Below are positions 59,151 to 64,000 of a stretch of DNA of 64,000 nt, one piece after another; position 1 is the stretch's first letter; every line of letters begins with the position of its first letter. The DNA is from Selaginella moellendorffii (lineage: Eukaryota > Plantae > Lycopodiophyta): the NCBI RefSeq assembly GCF_000143415.4, contig NW_003314305.1, positions 681,709-745,708 on the forward strand, read 5' to 3'. The notes under the pieces were generated by a model, which saw nothing but the letters and a program-made list of their open reading frames with translations, did no database searches and was not told the origin of the DNA. The position numbers were made by a program, and so were the translations under genes.

Positions 59151-60402
59151 TCCACTGTGCTCCGGAGCTAGTTCCTAAATCTTGAAACTGTAAAGCTGTA
59201 ATTATCGTAAGGTGGCGGGAAAAGAAAAAGCTTGGTATGTTTCTCACTCGCAGTTTATTGCCTGGAAGCATTTCAACTTCAAGAGTTGCCTGAGATCAGG
59301 CACCTGAGACTGTGGACTGTTCTTATCACCATTGCCTGTTGCCTGTTGTTCCCTGGAGTTGATACTCCTTAGGCTCTTCACGAGGTAACGGCTTTCGATG
59401 TTGGCTACCTTGTCCATGGCCATGAATCTCTGTTGCTGCTAGACGACCGCTCTTCCAGACTCAAGATACTTCCCTCCAGGAAGTAAAGAAAGCAAACAAA
59501 ATGTCCAGGGCTAAATCCGAGTAAGAAGCAAAGTATCGCCTTCTTGGTTTCGTCTGTGTCCATAGTACGAGCACCCAAAGAGCCTGAGAAGACATTCACA
59601 TACCACACTGCCCTTTCTCTGCATGGTTTCGCGAAAGTCCAATTGGTTGAGTAAACAAACACATAAGGCCGGTCGTCATTGCAGTGAAGGCGAAGAGCTT
59701 CTCTTTACGTTCCAGCGGCCTGGAGCAGGCCCGAGGTCCAGAGCTACTCTTCTTCTCTCGTTCATTGGCTTGCACAGTTTTTATGGAGAGTGTTCTGTTT
59801 CTTTCATTTCTTCTCCTTTTTTTTTCTCCCAGTTAAGTAAGCAGCAGCTCCTACAGCTTACCGGGGAGATCGAGATCTCGTGCTGGGTTTTTGTTTTACA
59901 GGTAAGTTTGCGAGCTCTGGAGAATTCGCACCCAAAAAATGGCTGTCCAAGTTTCTAACATCCAATACGCCTCTGAAGCATCCGTTGATCCACACCAGAA
60001 ATGATAATCTTTACTCGAAGCGAAGTTCCCACTCGCCAGATCCTTGTATGTATACTTTTGAGCCAAGCCTTGCAGTGCCTGTCAAGCCTGTGCTTCCAGA
60101 TCATCAGCACGACCAAGCCAAGCGAATGCTCTGCGACCACCCCGACGAGAGTGGAGAGACATGGCCCTGTCCAGACACCGGAGGTTCAGCAGCGTTGTCA
60201 GGTTGATGTTGCTGCTGCTTTGCTGCTCGTGTGAGGCTAAACTCCCGCAGGCCACCCGCGGATATGACTTGCAGTCAATCTCGTCGAAAAGCCTGTCCAT
60301 TTCCTGTACGGATTTATCGGCACTTGAAATAAGGCATGGCTCTTCCTTCGTTGATATCTTGAGCCTTCGGCTATTGTATCCAGGCCTTGATCCTAGACAA
60401 TA
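59135..60402. repeat. Direct duplicate of 44070-45272
   Basis: Colinear similarity (ORFs 44296/59405, 44586/59880) ending at gatcctagacaatag. Confidence 0.85.
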
Positions 60403-60519
60403 GAAAAGACGAAAAGAAAAAGTGTAAGTCACCTTTACCTGTCTAGCTGAGAAGTAAAAGCTGAGGCCAGCTGATCCAGCTATGCTCACAATCGCGATAA
60501 GAAGAAGCTGACAAAAAGT

Positions 60520-61460
60520 ACCTGGGGGAAAAGCAATGCTAATGAGTTCCTTGTCACCATTGACAAACTGGGATAGCTGAAACCTGGAGTATCAGCGAGC
60601 ATAGCCCCCCTAAAATGGCAGATGCAAGAGAAACGTGCCGCATCGTGTGTCTTCCGGATCCAGTCCGTTACGACACCCGAATGACTTCATCGTCGACTTC
60701 GTCTAGTGCCTGTCCACGCGACAATTGAAGTTAGTTTCAGACGAAATTCGAAGGTATACAGACCTGGATGTCATCTGGTGGAAGGCAAGATTTTCCACGT
60801 AGAAAGTTGATCAAGCTCGATTTTCCCACTCCATTTGGACAAAAACAACTGATGTTTTATCTTCATGAAGCCCCATACCAGTCTCTACACTGCATATGTA
60901 TGGTTTATATCCCGACTCCATCAGCTGCTTCTCCCAGCTATCTTTCATCTGAAAACTAAAAATGATCCTTCTATCAGCTTTGCAAAAGAAAATAAAACGG
61001 GTACCTCCTGAGTAACAAGATCCGCCTTACTGAGCACCACTGCTAGAGGTATTCCAGTAGACTCGCCTTTGACTAAGAACCTATTCATTATCACAGGATC
61101 CAAGCGCGGCCTATCCAGCACCAGTAGCAAATCAACATTAGCCACTGGTGGATCCGAAGTGTCCCATCGTCTCTGTAGAACATCTTCAATCATCTCGCGT
61201 TTGTCTGTCTAATCGATTCCCGAGACTAAAACACTATCACCAACCATGACTCTTCTCCTGATCTTTTGGAGAAATGCTCTCACCACGCAAAGAAGCTTAA
61301 TCCCTGCTCTAAAGCCCTCTTCTTGCAAGCTCATCGAGCGCTCCAGCTCGTTCACCACGACAGTCATGAAATTCACCTGCGCCGACGTGACCTGACCGAC
61401 TGCTCGATCCTCGGCTAGAAGATTGTCGAATCGCCTCACATCCGTTACATCACGCAGCTG
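60520..61460 (-). pseudogene. Second RsgA-type GTPase pseudogene
   Basis: Same motifs as 46005-47012, the same premature stop after SGID, and a retained GRHTM (G2-like) segment. Confidence 0.88.
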
Positions 61461-61611
61461 CTTCCCCCTCATCGGCAGCCGCGTAACCTAGACCTAGAAC
61501 ACATGGCCAAAATTCTCTTTTTGGCGCCAAAATCGGGTTTGGTCCCCTGGTTCTTGGGAGGGAAAAATGGACAATCGGCACAGCACGTAGAAGCTCCGGA
61601 TGTGCTGCTGC

Positions 61612-61822
61612 CACCGGGTTGCCACCTCAAAGACACTACTCCAGCAGCTAAGAGATCTCGTTCTTGGTGACTACAACTTCAACAGTTCAAGTCACTCCAT
61701 CTTGGATTATCTTCTTTGCAGCGTGCTCGTTTGCAATCTTTGTGTTTGCCACAGCAACTTTCGGTGTGTACGTTCGCATGCGCTACGTGGAAAGAAAAGA
61801 AGAGGTAACTGTACCAGCTTAA
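61612..61822 (+). pseudogene. Orphan membrane-protein C-terminal fragment
   Basis: Similar to 26115-26324. Confidence 0.85.
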
Positions 61823-62474
61823 ATCATGCATGTTTATATAATTAATATGTATGCCAGAAAATTTGGATATAGATAGAGCTCAAGAAAAGGCACCCCACTC
61901 AATTTCATGCTATGTAGAGTATCTCTCATTTCCTACATGCTTTTGGTATCTGGAATGTGTATAGCTTTTGCTTTTCTAAGGCATACAGCTTGCTTTCATG
62001 AAGCAGTCTTTATCTATTGTATTTGAAAGAAACAGTTCTTTGGAATAGAAGTTACTTACAGCCAGCTCTCGTGCTTGATTGCATTGCCATAGCTTCTATG
62101 CTATGCTTCTCAATGTTTTCTTCTAACCATATATGATAAAGTAAACGCTTTCCAAGTGCTTTTTTAAGTTCCCTCTTGTTGCATGAATGTGGATTTAAGA
62201 GAATTTCTGAACCCACCACCGGGTGTTTTTGAAGATTCCCGACCATGACATGGAGCACACTGGTGGAGTGAAGTTTTGTCTCCTGGTGCCTGAGGCGCTT
62301 TAACGACCTCTTATATCGAATAACAATAATTTACTATCATAGCGCAGGTGTTCAGTTGAAGCGCGAATCGCCAGAAAATCTCATGACCCTCTACAGCAGA
62401 GCTCAAGAGAAATAGAAACTGACTAGAGCCACTCCTACGAATTTTACGGCATCCAGCGGCTTGAGACTATGAGC

Positions 62475-63320
62475 GCCAATTTGCTCGTCCGAATGTATGG
62501 CAAATGCGGTAGGCCAAATGATGCCAAGTGAGTGTTTGACGACATCGACGCCAAGACGTTTTCTCGTGGTGACTGCATATGCCCAAAACGTGTATGCCCG
62601 ATCGGGATACTGTTGCATGGAATACAATTCTTAGAGCGTACGCACAGCATGGCCATGTAGACGAGGCAAAAGATTCTCTTTTTTTTATTCCAAATCCCAA
62701 CTTTTGTCGTGGACAACAATGCTTACAGCATATGCCCAAAGCGGGTTTATGTCTAGCGCGAAGCGTATGTTTGATTCTATGTCACCTCGCAATGCAATTG
62801 CATGGAAATGAATGCTTGCTGGATATGCAAGACTCGGAGGTATCTTAGCCTCTTCAGGATTCTTTCGAAAGGTGCCCCAGCATGACACTATATCAGCTAC
62901 TGCAATGGTTCCGGCATTTGCTGCGAGGGGCAATGACAGAGAGGCGTGTGCCTTGTTCGAGAATATGCCGGAGAGGAACGTCTTCTCATGGACGGCATTG
63001 CTCCAGGGATATGCTGAGAATCGTCTTCTAGACAAGGCAAAGAGCTACTTTGACAAGATGCCAGCATGGAATCTTGTGTTGTGGACTATGCTCGTTGTTT
63101 CATATGCTCAATGCGAGCGGCTTGAGATTGCACAAGACTTGTTTGTTGAGATGCCCGAGTAGAGCATAGTGACTTGGAATGCCTTGTTGGCAGTGATCGG
63201 GCATGCCAAGCCTTTGGAGGAGGCAAAGCTTTTCCTTGTCACTATGTCCGCATGGAACTTGGTGACCAAAAACACAATTTCTCAGATCAAGGAAGTCAAA
63301 CAAAGTGAAACCACTAGTTG
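62475..63320 (+). pseudogene. PPR pseudogene copy
   Basis: Colinear with 50100-50980, with frameshifts and stops. Confidence 0.85.
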
Positions 63321-63334
63321 ACTTGGCTAATGCT

Positions 63335-63530
63335 TCTGTCAGGCTTGCTGGAAGAGGAGGCGTCATCGTTGGTGGATCGAACCACAGCCATGCAACGCGG
63401 GATACACAAGACTCTATTGCAGAAGGGAAAGACCATGGAAATGAAGAGCAAGAACAACTACAACTTCGATGTGGTACCAGGATCTCTTCCTGCGGTCTAA
63501 GAACATTGAGTTGTTTCTGGAGAACGAGCT
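63335..63530 (+). pseudogene. Catalase fragment fused behind PPR
   Basis: Same junction as at 28370, 50995 and 55262. Confidence 0.8.
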
Positions 63531-63623
63531 TACAAAAAAGTTAGTAACTTTTTTCTATAAACTTCCATTCCAATCCAACAAGTATCCACTGCATAATCTG
63601 TTTGAGCACAGAAGATTGGAGCT

Positions 63624-64000
63624 ATGGCGGAGTCACAAGGCGCAGCCAAACTGATGTTGAATCCAAGGGAGAAACTCACTGGAGCACTTGTGATTGGCAT
63701 CGCTTTTGCAACTTTCGTGGCAACACTTGTGGTCACTGCCATCTTCGCGGTTCCAAAGATGATCAAGCCACCTCCAGGGGATTACTACCCGGATATCGTC
63801 AAGGAGGACAAGTGCTCTACTTGCTGGGAAGCCACCGTCTTTGCCACAAGCTCCGATCCATTCTACCAGTGGGTCTGTGATTCCTCACTCCCGGATACTC
63901 TTAACGCCTCGCTGAGGGGAACGCTTGCATGCCAGAGGGCCAGCATCTGGCGTGTTTCAGGCAATATCACCTCTGCAAATGAGAGCTCCTTGTATAGCTC
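63624..64000 (+). CDS. Another copy of the orphan membrane protein (5' part; runs off window)
   Basis: ATGGCGGAGTCACAAGG start, colinear with 24390-24766. Confidence 0.75.
   Translation, partial: MAESQGAAKLMLNPREKLTGALVIGIAFATFVATLVVTAIFAVPKMIKPPPGDYYPDIVKEDKCSTCWEATVFATSSDPFYQWVCDSSLPDTLNASLRGTLACQRASIWRVSGNITSANESSLYS

Overview
Eukaryotic, gene-dense land-plant DNA with very short introns (~50-70 nt) and many PLS-type PPR remnants. This pattern is most consistent with the lycophyte Selaginella (inference, not verified). The first ~26 kb is an ordered gene block: two WAK-like kinases flanking a class I small HSP and an F-box/JmjC gene, tRNA-Gly(TCC), mitochondrial ATP synthase subunit f, a HAD-IB hydrolase, a degenerate 2OG-Fe(II)-like gene, RST1, catalase, a class B acid phosphatase and an intronless 644-aa orphan membrane protein. 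From ~26.3 kb to the end it is a decaying duplication zone. A cassette (catalase 3' half / acid phosphatase / orphan membrane protein / PPR) is repeated with deletions, inversions and captured gene fragments (GDSL lipase, RsgA, kelch). This zone also holds two protein-identical germin genes, a BAHD pseudogene split by a complete miniature LTR element (TRIM-like, ACTTC TSD), a ~4.26-kb TIR element with an 8-9-bp TSD inserted in a Copia RT remnant and carrying a SWIM-finger ORF plus two paralogous Cys/His ORFs, and a ~200-nt fold-back hairpin. All coordinates and splice sites were read by eye.
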